Shown: positions 27,132-35,510, counted from the stretch's first letter. The stretch: 64,000 nucleotides of DNA from Sulfuritalea sp. (GCA_016708585.1 JADJFK010000014.1:53600-117599); one strand, 5' to 3'. Notes: a model not told the origin generated them from the sequence alone. Program-made: numbers and translations.

Positions 27132-27488
27132 TTAGGCGAGGACGGACCAGTTGGGGCGTTCGGGGTGCGCGAGAGGCGGCGCGGTCAGATTTCCCGGTGA
27201 CCAGGGAATCGCAATGGACGCGCTGCTTGAAGCCGGCAAGGAGGCCATGCTGAAGATCGCCGCCGCACAACTCGCATGACAGGCGACGCAATCGCTGTCG
27301 ATGCCACCACCCAGTGCTTTGGCATCCGGCGTGCCCTCCTGATCGGCAGCGGCCTGATGCTGGTGGTCATGATGGCCAAAGTGCTGCGCAGCAGCCCCGG
27401 ACTCGTGCTGGCAATAGCCGGCCACCGCCGCCCAGGAGAACTGGAACGGCAGAAAAACGAGAAGAAGGATTGAGAGCCAGCGGCGCAT
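27132..27488 (-). CDS. CzcI-like small Cys/His periplasmic protein
   Basis: MRRWLSILLLVFLPFQFSWAAVAGYCQHE...HFGHHDHQH...DCVACHASC resembles small proteins encoded upstream of czc-type operons. An alternative start is at 27515. Confidence 0.5.
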   Translation of the reverse strand: MRRWLSILLLVFLPFQFSWAAVAGYCQHESGAAAQHFGHHDHQHQAAADQEGTPDAKALGGGIDSDCVACHASCAAAIFSMASLPASSSASIAIPWSPGNLTAPPLAHPERPNWSVLA

Positions 27489-27501
27489 TGGTCGGATTGT
27501 A

Positions 27502-27621
27502 TCAGCGAAAATCATTTCCGGAAGCCCACCGCAAGATGCGCACGCCGTTGCCCACCACCAGCAGACTCGCGCCCATGTCGGCGAAGGCTGCCATCCACAT
27601 GGACGCATTGCCAAAATTTCC
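27502..27621 (-). pseudogene. Relic 3' end (about 38 codons) of a P1B-2-type ATPase gene
   Basis: It translates to GNFGNASMWMAAFADMGASLLVVGNGVRILRWASGNDFR*. This parallels the C-terminus of the intact ATPase at 30067 (FGNATMWMAVFADMGASLLVVANGLRLLRV). Nothing upstream of it is ATPase-like. Confidence 0.65.
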
Positions 27622-27646
27622 CCAACCGCACTTTCGGGAATCGGCG

Positions 27647-28084
27647 CTATTCGACCGAGTAGAGGCGCGACGACTCACCCTCTTTGGGCAAGGTATATAC
27701 CTTCAGCGTTCCCACGATGTGCGGCCCCATGCCGGGGGCATTGGTCGGCATGCCCGGAATGGTCAGGCCCCGAACCGACGGCTGCTCGGTCAGCATTTTC
27801 TTGACAGCGGAGGCGGGCACATGGCCTTCCACGGTGTAGCCGCCAACTTTCGCGGTATGGCAACTAGCCAAATGCGGGGGCACCCCAAACCGTTGCCGTT
27901 CCACGTCCATGGCACGGGTATTGACCTGTTTCACCTGAAAGCCGGACTCTTGCATGTGCTTGACCCACTCGGTGCAGCAGTCGCAATCAGGATTCTTGTA
28001 GACGGTCACTTCGGGCAGTTGTGCCGCAAGGGCACCCTGTAGTGCGGTGGTCACTAACAGGCAGGCAATGAGCTTTTTCAACAT
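27647..28084 (-). CDS. copG: DUF411 / CopG-family periplasmic copper protein (copy 2)
   Basis: ATG 28084 with AGGA 9 nt upstream. Motifs DCDCCTEW, SCHTAKV and IPGMPTNAPGM. Confidence 0.85.
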   Translation of the reverse strand: MLKKLIACLLVTTALQGALAAQLPEVTVYKNPDCDCCTEWVKHMQESGFQVKQVNTRAMDVERQRFGVPPHLASCHTAKVGGYTVEGHVPASAVKKMLTEQPSVRGLTIPGMPTNAPGMGPHIVGTLKVYTLPKEGESSRLYSVE

Positions 28085-28154
28085 GAAAATAAATCCTTTC
28101 AATAAAATGGGAGATGGGCTAAACGCTAGTAATGGAAAAATGTGATACCCGGCG

Positions 28155-28646
28155 TCAATCGAACTTCATGTCAACGGTTTTCTCAATCGGCGGATAACAG
28201 ATGCCGAGTGTCTCATTGCACCCCTGATAAGACGCATAAAGGGTGACGGCTTTAGACTTGGGAGCGCGTTCCACAACGATTTCCGCGACGACCGGCGACT
28301 TATAGACTTCAATCAGCCCAAAATAGGGGTCGTTCTTCATCTCGCCGGAAGGTAGCCTCACCTCCTTAATCATGACGCCGCTGGCGTTCTTCAAGGCGAA
28401 GCGGACCTTGTTCTTGTAGAGGTAGTGCTTCTTGGCAGGAATGATTTCAGCCACCACCGTATCGCTACCCTTCAGGGATGCCTTGAGCCGAAACGCCTGA
28501 TCAGGAGGCAAGGGTTCCTCGGCTGCCGAAGTGCAATGGACCAGGCCCATGAGCATCAAGGCAGACAACGTGCGACGGTCAAATAGGGAGAAGGATCGTT
28601 GAGCCAATTTGTGTTCCTCGTTTTGGTTTATAGCCAGGATTTGCAT
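28155..28646 (-). CDS. Stand-alone DsbD N-terminal (alpha) domain-like periplasmic protein
   Basis: HYLYKNKVRF ... YQGCNETLGICYPP resembles the nDsbD/ScsB N-domain. Start choice is uncertain because the ORF runs to 28736. Confidence 0.6.
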   Translation of the reverse strand: MQILAINQNEEHKLAQRSFSLFDRRTLSALMLMGLVHCTSAAEEPLPPDQAFRLKASLKGSDTVVAEIIPAKKHYLYKNKVRFALKNASGVMIKEVRLPSGEMKNDPYFGLIEVYKSPVVAEIVVERAPKSKAVTLYASYQGCNETLGICYPPIEKTVDMKFD

Positions 28647-28666
28647 CGAGATTTCCTGCGCACTTG

Positions 28667-29149
28667 CTAAGTGGGCGCCTTGCTTTGAGCTGACGACAGC
28701 AAGGTTCCCAAAAGAAGAATCAAGGCGCTCAGACAAAGCGCCGTATCGGCGAGATTGAAGGCTGGCCAGTGCCAGCCGCCGGCATGGAAGTCCAGATAAT
28801 CCACGACCGCTCCCCGGCCCAAGCGATCTACCAGGTTGCCGACGGCACCGCCGAGGAGCAGGCTATACCCCCACCCTTCCCACCGGTTCGCCACGCCTTT
28901 CAGCAACATGATGGTCAGCCCCACCGAGACGGCCAAGGCAAGGGCAATCAAGACATAGCGTTGCCAACCGCCGGCATTCGCGAGAAAACTGAAGGCTGCG
29001 CCGCTATTCAGGATGTGGACGAGATTGAAAAACGGTAACACCGTTTCGCCTGCGCCCAAGGGGAAGGTACCCGCGATCCAATGCTTGGCCCCTTGGTCCG
29101 CCAAGGCCACACCGATGGCCAACCCCAGCCAGCGGTACCGGTCCATCAT
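28667..29149 (-). CDS. lspA: Lipoprotein signal peptidase II (extra copy)
   Basis: Motifs LADQGAKHW, NSGAAFSF, GGAVGNLVDR and FNLAD. The start was taken at the MM pair (29149/29146). Confidence 0.85.
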   Translation of the reverse strand: MMDRYRWLGLAIGVALADQGAKHWIAGTFPLGAGETVLPFFNLVHILNSGAAFSFLANAGGWQRYVLIALALAVSVGLTIMLLKGVANRWEGWGYSLLLGGAVGNLVDRLGRGAVVDYLDFHAGGWHWPAFNLADTALCLSALILLLGTLLSSAQSKAPT

Positions 29150-29390
29150 GGGCTTGCGCGGGATTATTTGCGGAGCACTCGCCCTATCGCCAGAACCCTG
29201 TTGCGCGGTCTCTGCTCTCGGGAGCGCCGCGAGGGCGGTCATGGTCACTATGAGACGAGTCCTGTCCATGTCATCTCTCCTTGGTTGAATCAGCTATCAA
29301 TGCGAGGCATGGCCTCGCGTCGCTACAGGAGCACGCCCACGACGAGCGCGCCTCTGCACTTCTAAAGGTGGCATCGGCGTCGAGACGGTG

Positions 29391-29729
29391 TCACCAGCAA
29401 TTGCCCCACGTCGGCTGCTTGACGGTCAGCCCGGCCTGCGCCGCGTAGTACGCGGCGAGCTTCCCCATATCCTCATCGGACAACCCTTCCACCTGAGGCT
29501 TCATCACCGGATCGATTCGTCTGCCGTCGCGATATGCCCGCAGCGCACCCACGAGATAAGCCTCTCGTTGACCTGCAATCCGGGGAAACTGGTCGGTGGC
29601 GCTGTTGCCGTCGGTCCCATGGCATGCGGCGCAGACCTGCTGCGCCTTGCCCGGTGGCCTGACCTCGGCCGCGAGGACCGCTCCTGCGGCCAGTAAAGCG
29701 GTCAGGCCGCTTATCCAGGCATATCTCAT
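29391..29729 (-). CDS. Monohaem cytochrome c (c4-domain-like)
   Basis: Signal peptide, CAACH, then PRIAGQREAYLVGALRAYRDGRR...M. The start overlaps the upstream stop (ATGA). Confidence 0.75.
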   Translation of the reverse strand: MRYAWISGLTALLAAGAVLAAEVRPPGKAQQVCAACHGTDGNSATDQFPRIAGQREAYLVGALRAYRDGRRIDPVMKPQVEGLSDEDMGKLAAYYAAQAGLTVKQPTWGNCW

Positions 29730-30070
29730 TTGTTGTCCTTTCTGGCATAGAAGGCGGCGATCTCGGCAATTTCCCTATCGTCGAGCATCGAGGCCATGCG
29801 ATTCATCAAGGGATGGCGGCGTTCGCCGCTGCGATAAGCCCTCAGGGATTTTTCGAGGTAAGCGGCGTGTTGTCCGCCCAACTTCGGCGCCGTCTCGCCG
29901 GGACCCATGCGAATTCCCATACCCATACCGCCGCGCATAGCCATGTCGTGGCAGCCGTGGCACATCTCGACCTTGTTCCAGCCCCCGTCGGCGCGGCCCA
30001 TGCCCCAGTTCTGTGCGTGTGCCGATGTGCCGGTCATGAGGAACAAGGCCATCATTGCCAGATATTTCAT
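29726..30070 (-). CDS. Monohaem cytochrome c (c4-domain-like) with Met-rich insert
   Basis: The start at 30070 overlaps the ATPase stop (ATGA). CHGCH is followed by DMAMRGGMGMGIRMGPGE, then PKLGGQHAAYLEKSLRAYRSGERR. Confidence 0.7.
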   Translation of the reverse strand: MKYLAMMALFLMTGTSAHAQNWGMGRADGGWNKVEMCHGCHDMAMRGGMGMGIRMGPGETAPKLGGQHAAYLEKSLRAYRSGERRHPLMNRMASMLDDREIAEIAAFYARKDNK

Positions 30071-32313
30071 GCAGCTGTCTCCTTCCCTGGACCGGTAACT
30101 CGCAGCAAACGCAAGCCGTTCGCCACCACGAGCAGGCTTGCACCCATATCGGCAAACACCGCCATCCACATGGTCGCATTACCGAAAACGGCGAGTCCGA
30201 GAAAGATCGCCTTGATGCCCAGGGCCAGCCCGATGTTTTGCCAGAGCACCGCATGGGTGCGCCGGGACAGGCGAATGGTCTCGGGAATGCGCCGCAGGTC
30301 GTCGTTCATAATCACCACATCGGCCGCTTCCATCGCCGTGTCCGTGCCGGCAGCGCCCATGGCCACGCCGATGTCGGCACGTGCCAGGGCCGGTGCGTCG
30401 TTGATGCCGTCGCCGGTCATCGCGGTCTGACCATAGCGACGTTGCAAATCTTCGATGGCCGCCAGTTTGTCCTCTGGAAGAAGATTGCCCCGGACGTCGT
30501 CGATGCCGGCTTCCCTGGCGATGCTCGCGGCCGTAGCCACATTGTCGCCGGTCAGCATGGCCGAGGCGACACCGAGACGGTGCAGATCGGCCACCGCCTC
30601 ACGCGAACTTTCCTTGATCGTGTCCGCCACCGCAAAAATCGCCAGCACCTGCTGTGCCGACGCCAGCATGGTGACCGTCCGGCCTTGCGTCTCATGCAAC
30701 TGAAGGCGAGCCTCGATCTCGGCACTACACAGGTTGCGCTCCTCAACCAGGCGATGATTGCCGAGGACGATGAGTTGGCCATCCGTGCGAGCTTCAACAC
30801 CTCGTCCGGCGAGGGCGACAAAATCGGTCAAGCCGTTCTCCGGAAGCTTGAGACCGGTCGCAATCGCTTTTGAGACCGGATGGTCCGAGTGCCCGGCCAG
30901 GCTGGCCGCCCAGGCCAGCACCTGGGATTCGGGGACCGCTGAGGGAAGGATCTCCATGGCGACCAGACGGGGTTTGCCTTCGGTAATGGTGCCGGTCTTG
31001 TCGAGGGCAATGACCCGCAGTTTGCGGGCCTCCTCAAGATAGACACCGCCCTTGATCAGGATGCCGCGTCGGGCCGCCGCCGCTAGGCCGCTGACCACCG
31101 TCACCGGCGTGGCAATCACCAGCGCGCAGGGGCAGGCGATGACCAGCAGCACCAAGGCTTTGTAGAGCGCCTGCGTCCAGGACCAACCGAGAAGCAAGGG
31201 TGTCAGAACCGCCACGGCAACCGCAATGGCAAACACGGTCGGGGTGTAGATTGCGGCAAAGCGATCCACGAAGCGCTGGGTTGGCGCTTGCGTCCCCTGC
31301 GCCTGTTCGACCGCGTGGATGATGCGGGCCAGCGTGGTATTGTCGGCAGCGGCGGTCACACGAAACTCCAGAATGCCGGTTTCGTTGATCGTGCCGGCGA
31401 ACACCGGGTCGCCTGCCGCTTTGTCAATCGGGATGCTTTCGCCGGTGACCGGCGCCTGATTGACTGCACTGCTTCCTGCCGTCACCTGACCATCGAGCGG
31501 TATCCGAGCGCCTGGTTTGACCCGCACACTGGCTTCCAGCTTTACCTCAGCGGCTGGTACTTCCAGCCACGTCCCATCATCCTGCCGCACTTCCGCCGTC
31601 TCCGGCGTCAGGTCGAGCAGGCCCTTGATGGCGTTACGCGCCCGATCCACGGACCGGGCCTCAATCAGTTCGGCAATGGCATACAAGGCCATGACCATCG
31701 CCGCCTCGGGCCACTGTCCAATGAGGAAGGCACCAGTCACCGCCACACCCATCAGCGCGTTCATGTTCAACTGCCCGCGCCGCAATGCCGCCAGTCCCTT
31801 GCTATAGGTGGAAATGCCGGACAACCAAATAGCGACGACGGCCAACGCCATACCGAAGCCCTTGAAAGGCAGTGTGTCGGGCGCGAAATAATCCACCGCT
31901 TCCGCACCGATGGCCAGTACCAGCGCCAGAACACTTCGCCACAGCTCACTGACGCCAGCGTTTTTTGTCGCCGCCTGTTCTGCCGACACCGCCTTGGGGC
32001 TGAACCCCGCTTTGCGGATGGCGGCCAAGGCTGCATCGAGGGACTCCGTCGTCGCATCTATCGACACGGTGCGGGCCGACAGCTGGAACCGCAGGGAACG
32101 GATGCCGTCGATACCGGCCACCGCACGACGGATATCATTCTCCTCGTTCGGGCAGTCCATGGTTGGAATCAAGAAGACGGGCACGCCATCGCTTTGAACG
32201 AGACCAGAGGCTGCCGGGATTTCTGCGGCTGTGGTCACTGCTGCGGAACAGCCGCCCGCACATCCGCAATGGGCAGTTTCCGGAAGGGGCTTCGGATTGG
32301 GATCAAGACTCAT
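30067..32313 (-). CDS. cadA: Zn/Cd/Pb-type (P1B-2) heavy-metal P-type ATPase
   Basis: N-terminal HMA-like [25 protein letters not shown], and C-terminal ADMGASLLVVANGLRLL (DxG type). It lies next to cadR. Confidence 0.9.
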   Translation of the reverse strand: MSLDPNPKPLPETAHCGCAGGCSAAVTTAAEIPAASGLVQSDGVPVFLIPTMDCPNEENDIRRAVAGIDGIRSLRFQLSARTVSIDATTESLDAALAAIRKAGFSPKAVSAEQAATKNAGVSELWRSVLALVLAIGAEAVDYFAPDTLPFKGFGMALAVVAIWLSGISTYSKGLAALRRGQLNMNALMGVAVTGAFLIGQWPEAAMVMALYAIAELIEARSVDRARNAIKGLLDLTPETAEVRQDDGTWLEVPAAEVKLEASVRVKPGARIPLDGQVTAGSSAVNQAPVTGESIPIDKAAGDPVFAGTINETGILEFRVTAAADNTTLARIIHAVEQAQGTQAPTQRFVDRFAAIYTPTVFAIAVAVAVLTPLLLGWSWTQALYKALVLLVIACPCALVIATPVTVVSGLAAAARRGILIKGGVYLEEARKLRVIALDKTGTITEGKPRLVAMEILPSAVPESQVLAWAASLAGHSDHPVSKAIATGLKLPENGLTDFVALAGRGVEARTDGQLIVLGNHRLVEERNLCSAEIEARLQLHETQGRTVTMLASAQQVLAIFAVADTIKESSREAVADLHRLGVASAMLTGDNVATAASIAREAGIDDVRGNLLPEDKLAAIEDLQRRYGQTAMTGDGINDAPALARADIGVAMGAAGTDTAMEAADVVIMNDDLRRIPETIRLSRRTHAVLWQNIGLALGIKAIFLGLAVFGNATMWMAVFADMGASLLVVANGLRLLRVTGPGKETAA

Positions 32314-32342
32314 GGCGTTCTCCTTGTTTCCCGCATTAGAAA

Positions 32343-32376
32343 CCCTTGAGTGACTACAGAGTCAAGGGATTACAAT
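32343..32376. promoter_or_regulatory. MerR-family (CadR/PbrR-type) operator within overlapping divergent 19-bp-spacer promoters
   Basis: Dyad CCCTTGA-N12-TCAAGGG. The plus strand reads TTGAGT-19 nt-TACAAT (ynfA-cadR). The minus strand reads TTGACT-19 nt-TCTAAT (ATPase). Confidence 0.6.
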
Positions 32377-32402
32377 GAAAAAAACTATGCGGAGCCAAAG
32401 CG

Positions 32403-32741
32403 ATGCTTGAGTTCGTCAAAGTTCTGGGATTGTTCGCCATAACCGCGCTGGCCGAGATTGTCGGCTGCTATCTGCCGTGGCTGGTCCTGACCCAGCAGCG
32501 TCCAGTTTGGCTTTTGATCCCCGCCGCCGTCTCCTTGGGGCTGTTTGCCTGGCTGCTGACCCTGCACCCCGGTGCCGCCGGGCGAATCTACGCTGCCTAC
32601 GGAGGTGTCTACGTGGCAATTGCCTTGATCTGGCTATGGCGGATCGATGGCGTTGTGCCCACCAGTTGGGATTATGTCGGCAGTGCGGTCTCGCTGGCCG
32701 GTATGGCTATTATCATGCTCCAACCGGCCCGATCCGTTTGA
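32403..32741 (+). CDS. ynfA: YnfA/UPF0060 family small membrane protein
   Basis: The 112-aa sequence [15 protein letters not shown]...[20 protein letters not shown] is typical of YnfA. Confidence 0.8.
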   Translation: MLEFVKVLGLFAITALAEIVGCYLPWLVLTQQRPVWLLIPAAVSLGLFAWLLTLHPGAAGRIYAAYGGVYVAIALIWLWRIDGVVPTSWDYVGSAVSLAGMAIIMLQPARSV

Positions 32742-32757
32742 ACGTCAGGAGGCGAAG

Positions 32758-33234
32758 ATGAAAATCGGCGAACTGGCCCGCCTTGCCGGGACGAACGTGG
32801 AAACGATCCGCTATTACGAGCGTGATGGGCTGCTGCCAGTACCTGCCCGCAGCGAAGGCAACTACCGTATCTATGGGGATGCCCATGTCCAGCGACTGTC
32901 TTTTATTCGGCGTTGTCGCAGTTTGGACATGACGCTGGATGAGATTCGTGTCTTGCTGCACTTCAAGGAGTCACCCCAGGAGAACTGCGCGGATGTGAAT
33001 CGACTGCTTGACCGACACATTGGGCACGTTGCCCAACGGATGCAGGAGCTCCAGGAACTGGAGAGCCAATTAAAAGACCTGCGTGAGCGATGTGACGAGG
33101 GGCGGGACGCTGCCCACTGCGGCATTCTTGACGGGTTGTCTCAAGCGATTGTGCACAGCGAAAAGACGGTATCCCACGTTCAGGGAACGCATCGGAGCAG
33201 TTTGGCGAAGGGTAATCAAGGTAACCAAGTTTGA
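32758..33234 (+). CDS. cadR: MerR-family Cd(II)/Pb(II)-responsive regulator
   Basis: ATG 32758 after AGGAGG. MKIGELARLAGTNVETIRYYERDGLLP...NYRIYGDAHVQRLSFIRRCRSLDMTLDEIR, and C-terminal Cys residues (ENCADV, HCGIL). Confidence 0.85.
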   Translation: MKIGELARLAGTNVETIRYYERDGLLPVPARSEGNYRIYGDAHVQRLSFIRRCRSLDMTLDEIRVLLHFKESPQENCADVNRLLDRHIGHVAQRMQELQELESQLKDLRERCDEGRDAAHCGILDGLSQAIVHSEKTVSHVQGTHRSSLAKGNQGNQV

Positions 33235-33529
33235 TGGCATTAGCTTAGCGTATGAATTGTCCCAGTTTCCGTGATGCCCCTTGATACAAACCACAATTCA
33301 ACATCAATGTCGGCAACCTTCGCAAAAACGATCATTCAATCCAGCCAATGCCACGGGCTGCTTTGGCAGAGCACCAGCGTCATGTCATCAGCAATAGACA
33401 GCGTTTCGGCCTTATGTGGAGCTCCACAGGGCCGATTATGTAGATGCCACGATTATGTTGAGCCAAGGCAGACGCCGTGCGCCAACCACCCATCTGGAGC
33501 GGCAGGCGCCGATTTTGAGCTCCACATAA

Positions 33530-34549
33530 TCAGAGCGTCCGCAGGAAGTCGATCAGCGAGTCGGGTGCCCGATAGCGACGAAGCTTGGTCTCTGGCTCTT
33601 GGAGCCGGGCCAGCGCCCGTTCCTTCATGGCCAGATCGGCCTCGACGTATTGGTGCGTCGTTGCCGGACTCTCATGGCCAAGCCAAAGCGCAATGACGCT
33701 GATATCGACGCCGGCCTGCAGCAGGTGCATTGCCGTCGTGTGGCGAATCACATGCGGCGAGATGTGGCGTGTTGCCAACTCAGGGCAGGATTCTGTGGCA
33801 ACCTGGACGGCGCGATCCAGTCGCTGCATCACGTTCCATCGCGACATTGCTTGGCCATCGCGATTGTGCAGCAGTGGCGAGTCGGAATCGAACTGCGGAT
33901 TTCGTTTGATCCAGGCCCGGATTGCCCTGATGGTTGAACGCCACAGTGGCACGCTGCGCTGCTTGCGTCCCTTGCCGTGCAGATGAACGCAGGCGGCCCC
34001 ATCGTCGAGCACCACCTCGCCGACCTTCACGCCGACGATCTCTGAAACCCGCGCACCGGTGTTGTAGAGCAACAGCAGCAACACATGATCCCGTTGGCTG
34101 AACCATGTTCCATCCGGCGTGCCGATCACAGCGAGCATTTCTTCCCGGGACAGATAGCCAAGCATCGGCCGCTCGAAGCGCTTTGCCGGAACGCCGAGCG
34201 CGTGCTCGATCACCTGCAGCGATGTCACGTCGCGGTGCGCCGCGAACTTCAGGAACGAACGCAGCGCCGCGAGACGGCCATTCCGGCTGCGCACGCTGTT
34301 GTGCCGCTTGCGTTCCAGATGATCGAGGAAGGCCGTGATCAGGTCCGGCGTGATGTCGGCCAGCGTGATCAGCGCTGGCGAACGGCCAAGTCGCACCTCG
34401 GCAAAGCCCAGGAAGAGCACGAAGGCATCCCGGTAGGCGGCAACCGTCTGTGGACTGAGTGCGCGTTGTTGCGTCAGGTGCTCAACGAAGAAGGCTTGCA
34501 CGAGTGCGGGAAACGATGGCGCTGGTTTGGGTTGTCTACGCATCATCAT
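33530..34549 (-). CDS. ritC: Tyrosine recombinase, third of trio
   Basis: HVIRHTTAMHLLQAGVDISVIALWLGHESPATTHQYV. The stop abuts the left inverted repeat. Confidence 0.85.
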   Translation of the reverse strand: MMMRRQPKPAPSFPALVQAFFVEHLTQQRALSPQTVAAYRDAFVLFLGFAEVRLGRSPALITLADITPDLITAFLDHLERKRHNSVRSRNGRLAALRSFLKFAAHRDVTSLQVIEHALGVPAKRFERPMLGYLSREEMLAVIGTPDGTWFSQRDHVLLLLLYNTGARVSEIVGVKVGEVVLDDGAACVHLHGKGRKQRSVPLWRSTIRAIRAWIKRNPQFDSDSPLLHNRDGQAMSRWNVMQRLDRAVQVATESCPELATRHISPHVIRHTTAMHLLQAGVDISVIALWLGHESPATTHQYVEADLAMKERALARLQEPETKLRRYRAPDSLIDFLRTL

Positions 34550-35510
34550 CTCCCGCGAGATCGGCGAATTGCTCGAACCGGCTGGCAGCGATTGCCATCA
34601 ACTCGGGAACGGCGGTGAGGTACCAGTACGTGTAGAAGATCTCGGCATGCCCCATATAGGTCGACAGCGCCAGCATCTTCTGGTCAACATCAGCACCGTC
34701 GGCGTACCAGCGCACCAGCCGCCGCACAGCGAAGGTGTGGCGCAGGTCGTGCAGGCGCGGGGCATCGTGTCCACCGCGATTGACCCAGCCAAGACCGTCG
34801 CGCAGGCTGGTAAAGACGCGGTGCGCCTGTCGCTCGCCGAGTGGTAGCCCCAGTCGGCAACCGCGACTGCCGATCAGGAACGGCATGCCCGTCGTCATCG
34901 GAAGATGCCGCTCACGTTGTTTCCGGTAGCGCACCAGCGCCTTGACCGTGCTGGGATGGATCGGAAGTTGCCGGGACTTGGCGAACTTGGTCTGCCGGAT
35001 CGTCAGCATTCCGCGTTTGAGGTCGACATCAGTATCGCGCAGGTGAATGGCTTCGGAAACGCGCAATCCGGTCGAGGCCATCAGGCCGAACAGGGTTTCG
35101 TAGGTGAATGGCCGAAGACTGCCGGATGGGCCGAGTGTGCGTGCCGCCGCGAGCAAGTCGACGACCTCATCGTCACGGTAAATGTGGGGTGCCACGCGAC
35201 CGGGTTCCGGGCCGAAGAGCGATGCCTCAGAAATCTCAGTGTCCGGCTCAAACTGCCGCAGGTAGCAGATGAAGTGTCGCAGCCGTCCCCAACTGCGCGC
35301 CCAGGTGCCCACATCGCCATGGCCATCCTTGCCGGCACGTACCCATTCGACCATGAGTTCCGCAGTCAGCGGACCGTGATGGCCCTTTGTCTCCACGAAG
35401 CGTGCAAAACCGGAGAGGAAGGTGTCACGGGAGCGCAGGTGGAAACCCTGGCGGCGACGCTCAGCCAGATAGTCGTCGATTCTGGCCTGCAGGCTTTGGC
35501 GCCGGCTCAT
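34536..35510 (-). CDS. ritB: Tyrosine recombinase, second of trio
   Basis: LHDLRHTFAVRRL...LSTYMGHAEIFYTYWYL. It overlaps both neighbours. Confidence 0.85.
   Translation of the reverse strand: MSRRQSLQARIDDYLAERRRQGFHLRSRDTFLSGFARFVETKGHHGPLTAELMVEWVRAGKDGHGDVGTWARSWGRLRHFICYLRQFEPDTEISEASLFGPEPGRVAPHIYRDDEVVDLLAAARTLGPSGSLRPFTYETLFGLMASTGLRVSEAIHLRDTDVDLKRGMLTIRQTKFAKSRQLPIHPSTVKALVRYRKQRERHLPMTTGMPFLIGSRGCRLGLPLGERQAHRVFTSLRDGLGWVNRGGHDAPRLHDLRHTFAVRRLVRWYADGADVDQKMLALSTYMGHAEIFYTYWYLTAVPELMAIAASRFEQFADLAGDDDA

Noticed and set aside
27314-28042. 242-aa plus-strand ORF
   Set aside because: It is antisense to the CopG copy 2 gene and the ATPase relic, and has no protein-like features.
33271-33696. 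141-aa plus-strand ORF crossing the left RIT repeat
   Set aside because: It spans non-coding flank, the inverted repeat and the antisense strand of ritC. Composition is not protein-like.
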